Shown here one piece after another: positions 37,170-49,611 of a stretch of 64,000 bases of DNA (position 1 is the stretch's first letter; each line of letters starts with the position of its first letter). The position numbers and the translations under genes were made by a program. Source of the stretch: Neoechinorhynchus agilis (lineage: Eukaryota; Animalia; Acanthocephala). Under the pieces are notes generated by a model. The model was not told where the DNA came from, made no database searches, and saw only the letters and a program-made list of their open reading frames with translations. The stretch is taken from contig CM121342.1 of NCBI GenBank assembly GCA_051530055.1, forward strand, positions 16,073,480-16,137,479. Direction: 5' to 3'.

Positions 37170-37575
37170 ATGAAAAGCGCGAAGGTTCACGTTCTCTACT
37201 GGTGAGTTTTTTCGCTTTCTAAGGCTACAAACAACGATTTCTCTTCTTACAGTGGAGCATGAAATTACGGACCTCAGTATGAGAAGTTCAAAGAAGCTAT
37301 CATTTCTGAGGTCGGAAAACAAGTGAACATTAACTTTGTAAGATCGTGTACTATTTTTATTCAAAAATTAAGATGTTGCTTTAGACGTTCGAAGCAACGA
37401 CCACTTCCACTGGGTGGTTCGAAGTGAGCGTGAATGGCAAGTTGATGTTCTCAAAAAAGGCAGGAATTTCAGTGTCATGAAACTCATCTAAAATTGCCTT
37501 TAGGAAACTGACAAATTCCCAGCCAAAGCCGATATCAATAAAATCGCTGGTGCTGTGAAAACATCGTCAAAATGA
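37170..37575 (+). CDS. SELENOW: Selenoprotein W copy B (4 exons; CxxU motif; intron 3 is GC-AG at 37460-37503)
   Basis: MKSAKVHVLYC|GAUNYGPQYEKFKEAIISEVGKQVNINF|TFEATTTSTGWFEVSVNGKLMFSKK|ETDKFPAKADINKIAGAVKTSSK; Rdx-family motifs; SECIS downstream. Confidence 0.9.
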
Positions 37576-37579
37576 GGAC

Positions 37580-37660
37580 ATGGATAAGGAAGATCATGCA
37601 AATGACAGAATTGAGTCAAGCAAACAACTCATTTCTTGAAAACTTATCTTCTTTAATCTG
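37580..37660 (+). promoter_or_regulatory. SECIS element
   Basis: ATGAC-agaattgagt-caagcAAAca-actcatttct-TGAA: non-Watson-Crick quartet, ~10-bp helix II, AA-containing loop and lower helix. Confidence 0.78.
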
Positions 37661-39272
37661 TCCTAATTTTGCGCAATAAAAAATCCCTGCAGTTTGATTT
37701 CGGCAAAGACGTGAACTTATAGGTGTTCCGAAGGGGACACTGCCCGCGCAATGTACTAAAAATCCATAAAAAGTTATCCGTATTCGTGTTTTTGCGATAC
37801 ATATTCTGTGCCGCTTGCTCATTGCCTTAATAACAATCTATAATTTATGTACTAATATCGAGATTGAAAAATAGTTTCATAATAATAGCATTTTTATCAG
37901 CGAAAAAATCATCGCTACCTAGTATGTGAGTTGTCATTATCTTCAAAATAAGCTTGATTGAAAATCCGCGACATTTAAGCTCTAGACGTCTGAATCTCCT
38001 TCAGATGGATGTCAAGTGACCATAAATTGGCAATGTTTACGAACGTCCGTTCATTGAACAATGGAGTACACATGGGGTTTTCAATGTTTAATTGAATGTG
38101 CTTCTTGCCTTCTTACACACTGAAGAACGATAGTATGTTGTTCAAATTATTTCGTGCGTTTGTAAAAGGCAAGCACTTTAGTAGAAGACGGCAGGGTTTT
38201 ATTTAGAGCCGTAGTTCACTCGTTTTTAGAACGACGTCCACAGACGAATATCTTTCTTGAACTTTACATAATCACAATTGATCTAAATTCGTGTAAATGC
38301 TTTTGCTTATTGAATTTATTTTTTTAATCGTAAAATTATTTTTTTCATTCACCAAGGAGTCTATGTGATATAAACAAAACAGCGATGTGTTATGCTGAAT
38401 ATTTTTTGTACATCTCATATTCTATTGTCGCCAAAAAAACGCTATTAAGATTTTTGTTTAAAAGCTTACAAGCAATTGCCCAGTTGAAACCGTAATACGG
38501 CGAAAGCTAGGCAAATAAATAAACTCTAGGTCGTATACGTCAAATTAAATTATCTAAAATTAAGACATGCGCCTGGAAAATCAAGCAGCGATTCACGCTA
38601 TTATTGCTATTAAGATTAATATCAACCATAGCGATCAGTTGCTAGTGTGTTCACCTTTGAAATGAAAATTTTGGAGGCACGAATTACATTGCCCAATATT
38701 TTTTTCCATGTATCAGAAAGCAAAATCATCATAACCTTGACCCGATCTAAAAGCACCGGATCGTTGTGTAATGAGGGGCTAATCATCAGAACACAGGCCA
38801 CCAAATACTCCTCTACCTTTTCTATGAAGTGAGAATTATCAAACAATCTGAGGAAGCATGAGAAATCTTCAAAAATGGCCTAAAGAGTTTATGGTGTAAA
38901 GAATTAATGCACTATAAATAGCAGTTTGTATTCAAGAATGTCTTTTTTGTGACAAAATGAGAGCTAAGCGATAAAAAAACAAGTTTGTGTGCTGAGTTTA
39001 TCGTCGAAATTTCAAAAGGGTAGAAATTGATGAAAATCGACGAATCATGATGTCTTTAAGGATCTGTTTGAAAGGTAATTGTTCGCTAACGTCCTATCTC
39101 ATTTGTTTCGCATTCAACAATGTTTTAATAGATTCAGTTTTAAACCAACACAATACGATTTCAGCGTATTTTTGCCGTTGTTTATCCATATCAGTATTCT
39201 GCCTAAATGAGGAATGCGTATCTATGACAACCGAATGCTACATTGTTCGAGGCATACGTCCTTTTATGTTGT

Positions 39273-40085
39273 ATGGAAAACCAAAGATCTGAGGAGATTA
39301 AAGGAGTCAACATTTCTCATGCTTTACGCCAACTGGAAAAAGAAAGTGGTCAAAAAGCTGAAGATATGGTCGAAGTCAAACTTTATGGGCGAGTACCTCC
39401 CATTAACCGCCTGGACGCAGGACTTCGAAGACTTCAATCATGCATCAAACTGTCTGTTTCGTCAAATTGGATCGATCGGATTACGCATATGCAAGGCCTT
39501 CGTAATATTAAGATTATGTCCATTGGACGAAATCTACTTAAAAGTTTAGATGGACTTGGCCCAGTTGCTGGGCAACTTGAGCAACTGTGGGCATCTTACA
39601 ATTCGATCCACGATCTTAAACCTCTCAGGGAATTAGCAAACTTGAAGGTGCTTTACATTGCTCACAATTTGATAAACGATGTGAGCCAGTTGGATAATCT
39701 GCGTAGATTGCGAGAACTGAGGGATTTTTGTTTCTATGGTAATCCAGTCTACGATCGAATGGTTTCTGGTGATGGAGATGATATCGACGATGCTGCATAT
39801 CGTACCGAAATGCGGCGGAGGCTCCCACAGGTTATAAGATTGGACAATATTGCCTATCAGATTGACCTAACTGACGAAGAGTTCCGTGCTAAATTCGCGA
39901 AGGAGATCGAAGAAGCAAAAGCGAAAATGGAGAACATGAAGCAACAGGAGAACATCCGCGAATCGGAGCGCATGGAACAGGAAGAGTTGATGAGCAACAC
40001 TGAAAGAGAGCCTTCGAGCTATAAAGAAACAAGTGTACGTTACTCTGTTAAGAAGGAGAAGCTTTCAGTCAAGGAGCAGTATTGA
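39273..40085 (+). CDS. DNAL1: Axonemal dynein light chain 1 (LRR) with C-terminal extension, intronless
   Basis: EVKLYGRVPPI, KLSVSSNWIDRI, IMSIGRNLLK, LEQLWASYNSI, LKVLYIAHNLI, FYGNP. Confidence 0.9.
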   Translation: MENQRSEEIKGVNISHALRQLEKESGQKAEDMVEVKLYGRVPPINRLDAGLRRLQSCIKLSVSSNWIDRITHMQGLRNIKIMSIGRNLLKSLDGLGPVAGQLEQLWASYNSIHDLKPLRELANLKVLYIAHNLINDVSQLDNLRRLRELRDFCFYGNPVYDRMVSGDGDDIDDAAYRTEMRRRLPQVIRLDNIAYQIDLTDEEFRAKFAKEIEEAKAKMENMKQQENIRESERMEQEELMSNTEREPSSYKETSVRYSVKKEKLSVKEQY

Positions 40086-40969
40086 ATTTTTATATATTTT
40101 AATAAATAGAGCATGGAGGGAATCTTTGTGTAGTGGTCAAAAGCGCATTTCGGGTTATTTTGAGCTTAAAATCGTGCCTGTAAGAAAGCGATATTTTTTT
40201 CTTCGAACTACTTGGCCATTTTTAAATAAGATTAAAGGTTTCCACTTCCTCTTTGCAATATATCTTACTCGTTATATCAAAATGCAAAAACCGCAAGCTC
40301 ATTCATTTAACTTTAAAAAGCAAAGAGCAATTAGAATTGAAATATGCGTGACGAGAAAGTATAAAGACCATAGGTAAATAGGTTTATTGCACTTAGGGGG
40401 ACCAATTCGAGAATTCCCGGTCGTGGAAAAGTAGATTGATCGATTCCTAATGTAGCCGGAGGGGAAAAGTTGATCTCGTTTCGAAGTCTATGAAGGAAAA
40501 TGATTATTAAGTACAGTGAAATAAAAGGAAAACCGAATCGGTACAAAAATCCTAAATTTAAGAGCCAGTCACACAACGAGCGAGCATATGGAAGGTTAAG
40601 CTAAGATCATACCCACAGGAAAGAAAATGGTTCGAAATGTGAATAGAGACTAAGGCAAAATTGCAAAAGTATGAGTCGTTAGAAATGAGAGAATATTTTA
40701 AATGATCAATTACAGTCTCTACTTTTTCTGTGAACTCCAACATAAAGTCAGGGCAAAAGTGGTTTTAAATTGAGAACAATCGCCCGACGGAGGTCGATGC
40801 GTCTAGCAAAAGATCACATAGGCTTGGTCCTACGACTAAAAGTCACAAAGTAGTATTTGAAGTGTAGATTGTACTTTCTCTTAGGATCTATCGCCAATAT
40901 CGATCATGCCAACATGCACATAGATTTTAATATTTTACGATTACTAAGCCCGCTGACTACAGCTGGAAA

Positions 40970-42176
40970 CTATTCGAACTGAGGTGCTGGAGATCTTGAG
41001 GTAGATGAAATTCCTGAGCTTCCTCTATATTGATCACCAACAACGTTATCAAGCTCGACATTCTCAGTCTGTGATTCAACTGGATCTTGAAACATGAGAC
41101 CGTCTGTGATTTCTTCACGGATGGTTTCCTGTGTTCCGCCTACATCTTCGTCGTCATCTGGCGTTAAAGTGACGTCCATCTCGTTTTCTTCGGATAATCC
41201 GTCAGCATCGTCTTCCTCATCGAACTCAAATATCTCTTCGCCTTCGCTGATGTCGTCGCCGGGATCAAATTCACTCATTTCGCTTTCGGTTCCACTTTTA
41301 GATCCATCGTCATCGATGGCGACTTCACAGTTGATTGTCTGTGCAGCAGGAGCCGAGTTTTGCGAAATATCTGCACCTACTCCATTATTCATTGTGGATG
41401 TCTGGGCTTCAGACGTTAGTTCTTCGCCGTCTGTAATGGGCAAGAACGTCTTTTCGGTCAACGCTGCACCCTTCTCACTGGTCATCAAGTAGATTTCCAG
41501 CGTAGCGTACTTTTGGACGTACTCTTTAACTTTTTCTTCATACTCAGACTTTTTCTTCATCATCAGCTGAGCGGCTTCGGAATTCAACGGATCCGTTGGG
41601 TTCGGATACATCAATAACTGCGGTAAGAACATTTGGAAAATGTTCAAAAGATCTACGTTTAACATTGAATGGTATGAATATTTGAGTTGAAAGTTAAAAA
41701 GGCTCACCATATAGTGGAGTCCAGGTTTGATTAATGACATCAAGGCAGACACTTCCCGACCTAAATTAAAAAAAGGTCTAAATGCACGAACAAAATCATT
41801 ATAGCTAAGTAGTATACCCCTCGTCGATGTTTGGATGATAGATACGATTCATGAATCCAATAGAAGGTGATTTGAATGGATATCTGTCTGGAATAGAAAC
41901 ACGAATTCTCCAGACACCTCCTTCGTACAGAGCTAAATTCGACATGGTCATTAATTATATAAAAAAGCCGGGCAAAGAGCCCGCTTGAAGCTTACAGTCT
42001 TTAGGACCGTCCAATCTTACGCTAAATTCCCTTGTGCCCCCAACCATCTCAACTTCGAACTTGGAACGAACCCTTTTCCTCGGATGTTTTACATATGTAC
42101 AAGCGATTAAAAATGGTACTCACAGTGACATTACGTCCCTGACAGAGCGATTGGATCCTTGCGGTGGCCAGGACAT
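40970..42176 (-). CDS. UBE2H: Ubiquitin-conjugating enzyme E2 H (Ubc8) with a long acidic tail; 5 exons, four GT-AG introns
   Basis: [63 protein letters not shown]. Confidence 0.93.
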
Positions 42177-42399
42177 CTAAAAGAGGGGATGGGGTAAAAG
42201 GAGCTCGGAGTACACCCACAATCCTTTTTCGCTACACTCCCTACACTGCTCCTTCACACGCCATTTGTGCGCGCATGATGAATGTGCGACAATGTTGGAG
42301 TGGAGCGGTGGAACTATCAGGCACCGACGAGGGCCGATCGCCACACGCACAAGGTCACCACTCACTCGCATGCTCAAATTCCAGTATGCGAAGATTCAA

Positions 42400-43300
42400 C
42401 AAGCAGATTATACCTTTCAAAGAAGCCGTCTCTAATCACCATAGCAACGAATTAACCCTTACTGTTAGGAAAGGGGAGGTGAAAGCATGGGTGGTGGTGT
42501 ACGAGCGTGTCAGGTACGTCTCGAGAGAGTTGGTGGGCGCAAATTGTTGTACTTTGGCTGACATCTGTGATGTCTTGGATAAACCGGACTTAAACTCTCT
42601 CTCAAATGGAACTAAAGATTCAGCAACTGGATTAAAAAGCTTAAAACAATGCCGTAGATCGCGACAGTTCATACGAACAAATCTTAGGTTACCGAGAAGA
42701 GATCAAATAGAGCATCCTTATATACTACACAGAGACGTAAGCAAATTGTTGAACCACTTTGATGATGTTTTTCTAAAAACAAAGTCGTGATGTCAGTCGG
42801 GGTAAATAAGAAAGCTTAAGAATTTTCCTTCACAGGGCTGTCAAACCAAACTCTATCAGCAGCTAATACAATTCCCATTCCAGAAAAATCTGAACATTGT
42901 CAAATGGTTTCCGGTTTTTAAAGAGGAACATGAATAAACTAAGCGCATTTTTGAAACGATGAGAAACAACCAAGGTCTTCTATGGATTCCATTATACGAG
43001 TACTAATGTTTTCATTCCAGCGTTGCATCGCCCGACTTATCGTCCCTCTCTAGATAGTACGCTCAGATTAGTTTATCGTATTTAGAACAGATATTTAAAC
43101 AAAAAGCGTCTTCTATAACAAGCTTCAGAAACTTTTTTGAAAAGGCACCCATATCGGACTAAGTATCTGTTACCGCAGTTGAATATCGATGTCTTGGGAA
43201 CCTACAGTCTTCCTGTGGAAAATTGCTAAGCAACTTCTCTCTCAGAGCCCACCGATTTTGTGTCGTAGATGTGTAAGAAATTGATGTGTTGACAAGCGAC
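42400..43300 (+). mobile_element. Decayed LINE ORF2 relic
   Basis: LLNHFDDVF linker and a P...KWFPVFK motif; many stops. Confidence 0.35.
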
Positions 43301-44899
43301 CAAAATAAACATATCTTACCTACCGAATGTAATCCTCAATAAAAAAATTGATCTATCTACAGAATGCGAAATTTCCACAGAGCTGGACTATTTCTGGGAT
43401 GCTGTTGAATCACCACAAGAGAGAAACTCTTTATAATGAGCCATCTACTGAAGAAATATCGTTCTGGATGTACACGATTCGAATGCAAAAATCAGCGCTG
43501 ATCTTGAACCTATAGAATGTTCACCTGAAGATGCTAAAACAAAAGGCAGGTTTTAAAACACTAGCATTGTTCTCTCAATACGAATGGGCGAAAGAGGCAA
43601 AACTCATTTGGATCAGTTGCATCCATAGTACGAGATCGCTGATTGGATGTGTACATTTAAGAGAGCTCGTACTTCAGAAGACTGGCCAACGCTTTAAGGA
43701 ACCGGTGGCTAAGTGTTTGAGAAATAGCCTAGTTCCCGGTAGGAAAAATGAATACGAGTGAATTATGATCTAATGATAGGATTTAGTTTAAGCGCAGCAA
43801 ATACGCGTGAAACGATTCAATGTATTAGTCGTCATTTTTTCAAAGTGCTTTACAGAATCTATAAAACGAAAGTGCCTACTTCGACAATAGTGAAGATGTT
43901 AATTAAAAATTGTTCTTTAGGTCTTCAATTTATCGTCGTTTCGTGCAGAAACGCAATTACTTCCAAGGTGAGGTATAATCTTGCCCTAAACAAACCGGTT
44001 TATTCGAAAATAGAGTGCATTCTAAAGGGAACATATTTGCAATAAATTTTACAAACCAACCATAGGATCATCGTTTTAAAACGATTTTTTTGGCATTCTG
44101 CGAGCGTACTAAGTTTGTAGAGTTTGGAGATGCAAAGCGAAATAGTTGCGTGCTGTTGCTCACATCAGTTCCTTTGATGTAGATCTTAGATGGAAGCCTT
44201 GGCAAAGCAGAAATGGTAGGATTCGATTTAAACATGAATGTGACAGACTAAGGTATCCCAAGAAAGATTAGGCATGCTCTCTATTATCAAATTACTACAA
44301 AGATTTTTAGCTCGCACTCTTTTCACCGAACCAATGATGCCCAAGACTTCTGATGAATAAAAGCAAGTTTGTAACCCGAATAGCGGGAGAAACAAACGTT
44401 CAGCATATCCCTTCTACGGTTGTCAAAATATTTGCCGTGTTTGAGTACAAGAGTTGATAGACTGACGCGAGGAAATGGATTGTTCATAACGACGTGTATA
44501 AGGTATCGAACAACCACTAAGCAAGATGTTGTTATGTGGTTCAAGGTGAAATTTAAGGGCAATTAATGCATTACAATTAAGGAAGATCTAACGATGAAGT
44601 TCATTGTGTTATGCCTTAACTGCGTAGATTATATTATAGCGATGAGGGAGGCACAGGGGACAAAAAGTTACAAAGGAAAATGCCCAGGCAAGATTTGTAA
44701 AGCATTCATGGATTTCGTATTGAAAAAATTATTTGAGACGATTTCAAAACCAAATATTACAACGCTATAGTTCATCTCTTTGTTTAAAAACGGCACTGGC
44801 TTTAGTTACGTACTTTGTATAACCTTTTCCGCTTCTTGTCGATGCAATACGGAGGCCTATCAAAACAAATTAAAAGAGCTTGCGATGATTGGAACAACC

Positions 44900-47500
44900 T
44901 TTAAGAATTGATCATTGTAGCTACAATGAAAATGGTTTCCGATGCACCTTTCAGGCGTACGACCATTAGAGTCAAAGGGTTTTGGTCTAAGGAGATTGTT
45001 ACAATTAGAAGTTCGCGTTTTAAACTAAATACATTTTTGGTCGATGGGTATCAAGAAAATAACTACAATTAACACGACAGATGATAATGTTTGAATTTTT
45101 TAGTAATGATCGACAGAAACACTTTTGAAAGGGAGCCAATAATTTCCATGTCATCATTTTTGCGGCTAAGATTGTCTAAAAAATACAAAGTACCTAGGTA
45201 TCCCCGGTCAATAACAATATTCGTTTATCTTTTCTTTTACAATGGTCAAAAATAAGTCGTACACTTTTATTTGCGTGAGCAAAGAACAAAACCCATTGTT
45301 GGGAGCAAGGAGCAATTCGATCGTAAGAAATGGACTCCGAATTATACGTACGGTTTCAGAACGTCAGGCATCCAAGGAGAGAAATATAAAATTGGAGTTT
45401 ACCGAGACGATAACTGGAGTGTCATAGTTCCATGGTGTAAGAAAACAAATGAAAAGGTTAAACGGTGTTCGCTGAACCATGATGCACACTTCAATGACTT
45501 CAGTTAACGGAGTGTGCCTACATTACGACGATAGCTAACCGAGAACGGAGCTGTTATGTTCGGAGGGTCTGACTTCGAACTTGAATGGCCGATTCCCCTA
45601 CAAGGAGTTACAAATCGCTATAATGTAAAAATGAGCCCGGTAAAGTCAACGGAAATTCTAAAGCGATACTTGATTCCAACGCAATATAGGAAAGATAGTT
45701 CAAATAGACCAAATCGACTCAGTAGAAAAGAGCACGGCTTCATTTATGGCTGGTGTACCATTTTCGGTTTCATCGAGATCCAGATTGGTATTGGTTGAAC
45801 TAAAATACGATCGCAAATGTTGCAGTAGGAGTACTTTAACGATACCTATTTTGATCAGTGTTGAATGCTGTGTTCGATTTGTAATAGTCTGGCCAATTTG
45901 AAGCAACTAATGATCCGGTCGTTTAACTTGAACATATTCCAATTAAGACTCGATCAAAAGTTACATTTGAAATCTAAAATTGAATATTCGTATACTTCTT
46001 GCGGTTGCCGAAGAAGCCATCTAGGTTTAAAGCGAAATTACTGATGAGAAAAGCCGATACGATTCTTGCTCAGAAAAATGCGTTGTGTTCATAAAATGTG
46101 AATTATTGTTACATCTTAGCGCCGGTTCAGTCGGTTTGATCCAATAAACGCGAAGTGGATTATTGAAAATGCCAACGTATTTATGTTCAAAAGAATAAAG
46201 TTGAACGTATGGCATAGCGATTCGCCGTTGGAAGGATTTTAGAGGTGACTGTAACAGATATGCAGTCGATTCCAACAAGACACGGGACAGATCTATTGCC
46301 AGAATACTAACCGATGAACAATACAAGTCAGATTCGTTGAGTCAAATTAAGGTTTTTGCACTCAAAACGGCAGTTTCTCACTATCTTTTTGGAATTCTAT
46401 TGTTTGATGTTGGTTCAAAGGACTACTCATCCACTTGGATCACTCACAACAGATGAGCTCATTCAAGCTGCTCAGCCAAACGACCGTGATTTTAAACAAA
46501 CTCTAAGAACCTCATTGAGGTAACGGGAAAAATTGCTTTCTTCATACCGGATAATCTCAATATGCTTTTTCCAGGATTAAACCGCCCGGTGTTTACAGAT
46601 AACATTCATAGCAACTAAACCGTTTGTGGCATTATTAATCTTTGCTGTTTTTCGCAATCTTTCTTCGCGAGTATATCATGTTGCTCTTTGTTGTCGTATA
46701 AACGAGTAGTGCTCCCAGAAGAGGAAATTCCCGGCTCTCTGTGGGAATACTTTTGCTTCCTCGAGTGTGATCCACCTTGCAAGGTTTAGGGCACCTGTTC
46801 ATTTGCCTACAAATAAGAATGTTTAACATTGCTTGCATCAACAACGATTTCATAAAAGACAAATTTAAACAAAACATTGGACAGGAAAATATTATAAGAA
46901 CTTAAAGACTTAATGCTAGATTTTACGTGCTTGATCACTCTTTATTCCATAGACACTGTAAGGATTTTTTTTATAGTCTTTAAATGTCGAGTATCCATCG
47001 CAGCATGCGTGAAAAACAAATTTGACTTTTATTATTAACGGTCTAATGGAAGATTAAAAAACTTTTATCTTTATATATTACTCCGAGTTCGCACAAAAAA
47101 ACGAGATCAATGTACCCACTTGCATTTTTCAAACCTGTCAAACTGACAAACCGGAAAAAAAGTCAAGAAACTTTTGAATGCCCTTAGTCTATGAAAGTAA
47201 ATCGACTCAGTTGAAAATCCCAATTGATGTTGTCAGATTACCGATAAATCTCACGACTCAAGATGAGAGCTTGGGATTTTGCATTCTAACCGCAATCCAA
47301 AATGGGACGTGAGATTATAGACGCAATGCCCGTGAATCTGCGCTTTAGTAAATTTGAAATGCGTCCTAACGTGGAGAAGAAGCGAACGTAGACATGGAAC
47401 GTAAGATGAACGCACTTTGGCGGATCTTGGTAGAAAAGATGATCTCTTCCTGGAATGCTTCTATTTATTTAATTTAGACTTTCTAGTAAATTGCACAGGT
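44900..47500 (+). mobile_element. Heavily decayed Ty3/Gypsy pol relic
   Basis: NPLLGAR (protease end), NWSVIVPWCKKTNEKVKRC (RT start), RRW...SDSLSQ (RNase H end); no LTRs found. Confidence 0.4.
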
Positions 47501-49611
47501 CACTCTGATCTCTGGCGTTTTAGACAGTTCAACGATGCAGCAATAAATCTCTGTGTTCATCCAAGAATCCAATGAGATCAGAGTGTGAGAAAAACGTACA
47601 CGTGTCAACTAAACCTTTTATACGAGGTTAATGAAGACGAAAATATTCACGTCTGATATATCGAAGTTTATTTCGTTTTAATATAGGCTTCCATGAGTAA
47701 TTATTTTACTGATTACATAATTGCGTTGATGATTCAGAATGCCAAAACAGTGGATAAACGTTGTAAAATTTCTTTTTGACTAGTTCATTCGAAGGCGAAC
47801 TGAATTGTATCACTGGTAAATCGGACTTTACTATCATCACTTTTTGAGACATCGAAAAATAGAGTCCGAGCTCTAAGATTGCAGAAGTCACAGCAGACAA
47901 ATTGACGGGCGTAAAATCTGGTACACAATGCGATAGTACAAAGATTCGAGTTATATTAACTAAGACATGTCAACAACGAAATGGCCATTAACCGGATTCA
48001 TCTAGAGTGACACCATTTTAAGAACGCAAAGATTCGGTATGGATTTCGGTACTGAATACTTCATTCAACCAAAATAAAATCGGTTTGTAAAGCCTAGAAA
48101 AGGGGCATTTTATAAGTTTAACTAATCGTCAGTCCTGTCTTTTGTAATGGTTAAACTGGACAAAGAGGAGGCTACACTTTAGAGACAATTGGGATAATGA
48201 AAATTGCTCTGTCCTGGAATCCGTCTAGAACATAAGTTTTCGTGTAAACTTGGGCTTTCCCGCAACTATTTTGAGATGGAACGACCTGGCATTAAACATG
48301 GAATATCACTCCCGCGTTTGTCGTATATCTGACAAATATGGATTTGTACGAGAATAGCTTTCTTAAAAACGTTCTGACGTGAAGAAACATTTGTATCTCC
48401 AAATTTTGGGTAATAGGGAAACATTCAATGTTCGCTCAGCATTTTTATGAGGTGGCTCGGGGTGGCAGGAGTGTGTGGAATGGATAGAAAATTGTTGTGT
48501 TCTAAATCCCCGTTAGATGTACATATTCGAGTGGTTTGTTGCGGCTTATGATGATTGTTCCTGATGTTTGTCTTGAGAATTTAAGAAGATAGGACCCCTC
48601 AAGGATATTCGTGCAGTGTTCATTGCCCACGTATCTCAACCGTTTAGCAACTCAGTGTTGCTCGTTTTTATTTCCTACAAAATCTTGCCGTAACTTCATG
48701 TTTAAAAAATTCGGTCACTGAGCTGTTGAATTCTATTTGAGCGGAAACTAAGCATTCAGGAGGGTCCTTGATTTTGTTGAAGCGCAACTCTTTTTAGCAT
48801 AAATAATCTACATTATTTCTTCTAATCAAAGCTATTTTGTATATTTGGTGAGACTTATGACACTTAAACTGCCCACATTAATTGTGACCTAAGTGCGATT
48901 GTAAGTAGTTTGGTTTGATTCAGGAAATGAAACTGTTTCGAACGTCATGCAAATTGTTTTAGTAAAGGCGAAGTATATGTGGGACTTTTTCAGGAGGATG
49001 AAACATTAATAAAATTAAAATTTAATTATTTGTATTTACTTCGCCATCATAAAACAATTTATGGATAACATCGTTATAATCGTGCAAATTCTACTAATTT
49101 TATTTATTCTATCTCTTAGTGAACGCGGCGGTAAGTTAGGGAAAACATTGCAGAATTCAAAATGATATCTAAAGGAACGTATTTAACGCTCACCGTAACG
49201 TCAAAAAATCAAAATATAATGATTTCATTTTCACCCATTTCGAGGCTCGATTTCTATTCATTAGTCTGAACTCGCTAGCGCGTCTAAATAGAGCGTTAAT
49301 CTCAGTTTCCTTTTCATTGCATCTAAACTGTCATAATTTTGCAATCTGCTTTGGGTTTTTATGAATGCAGTGTTCAAGTGTTCACGTAATAGCTCGCTAT
49401 CGTCTTGCGGGCTTCCCCGGCCTCTTTTTTATTTTGTTATCTTGTTGGACGATTTTTTTTAAGGAATAGCATTTATTACCGTTTAAAATCCACGATTTCC
49501 AATACTAAACAATGTATTTGCGTATCCGCATTAAATTGCCTTCCCGCCCTAATTCTTGGTTACAAACTTTACTGCCACGAACATTCTAAATTTACAACCG
49601 TTCATGGGTAG

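Larger units (their letters stand above)
33174..39153. repeat. Right arm of the large inverted duplication (5980 bp)
   Basis: Reverse complement of 17232-24754 minus the CRE insertion. Confidence 0.95.

Noticed and set aside
17232-39153. Large inverted repeat as a pure assembly artefact
   Set aside because: The arms differ by a clean 1.5-kb insertion, indels and substitutions, so an exact read-duplication artefact is unlikely. A haplotype misjoin still needs a read check.
41094-41492. Long opposite-strand ORFs over UBE2H, PIKfyve, TOP3B and the TE ORFs
   Set aside because: Shadow ORFs of real coding sequence.
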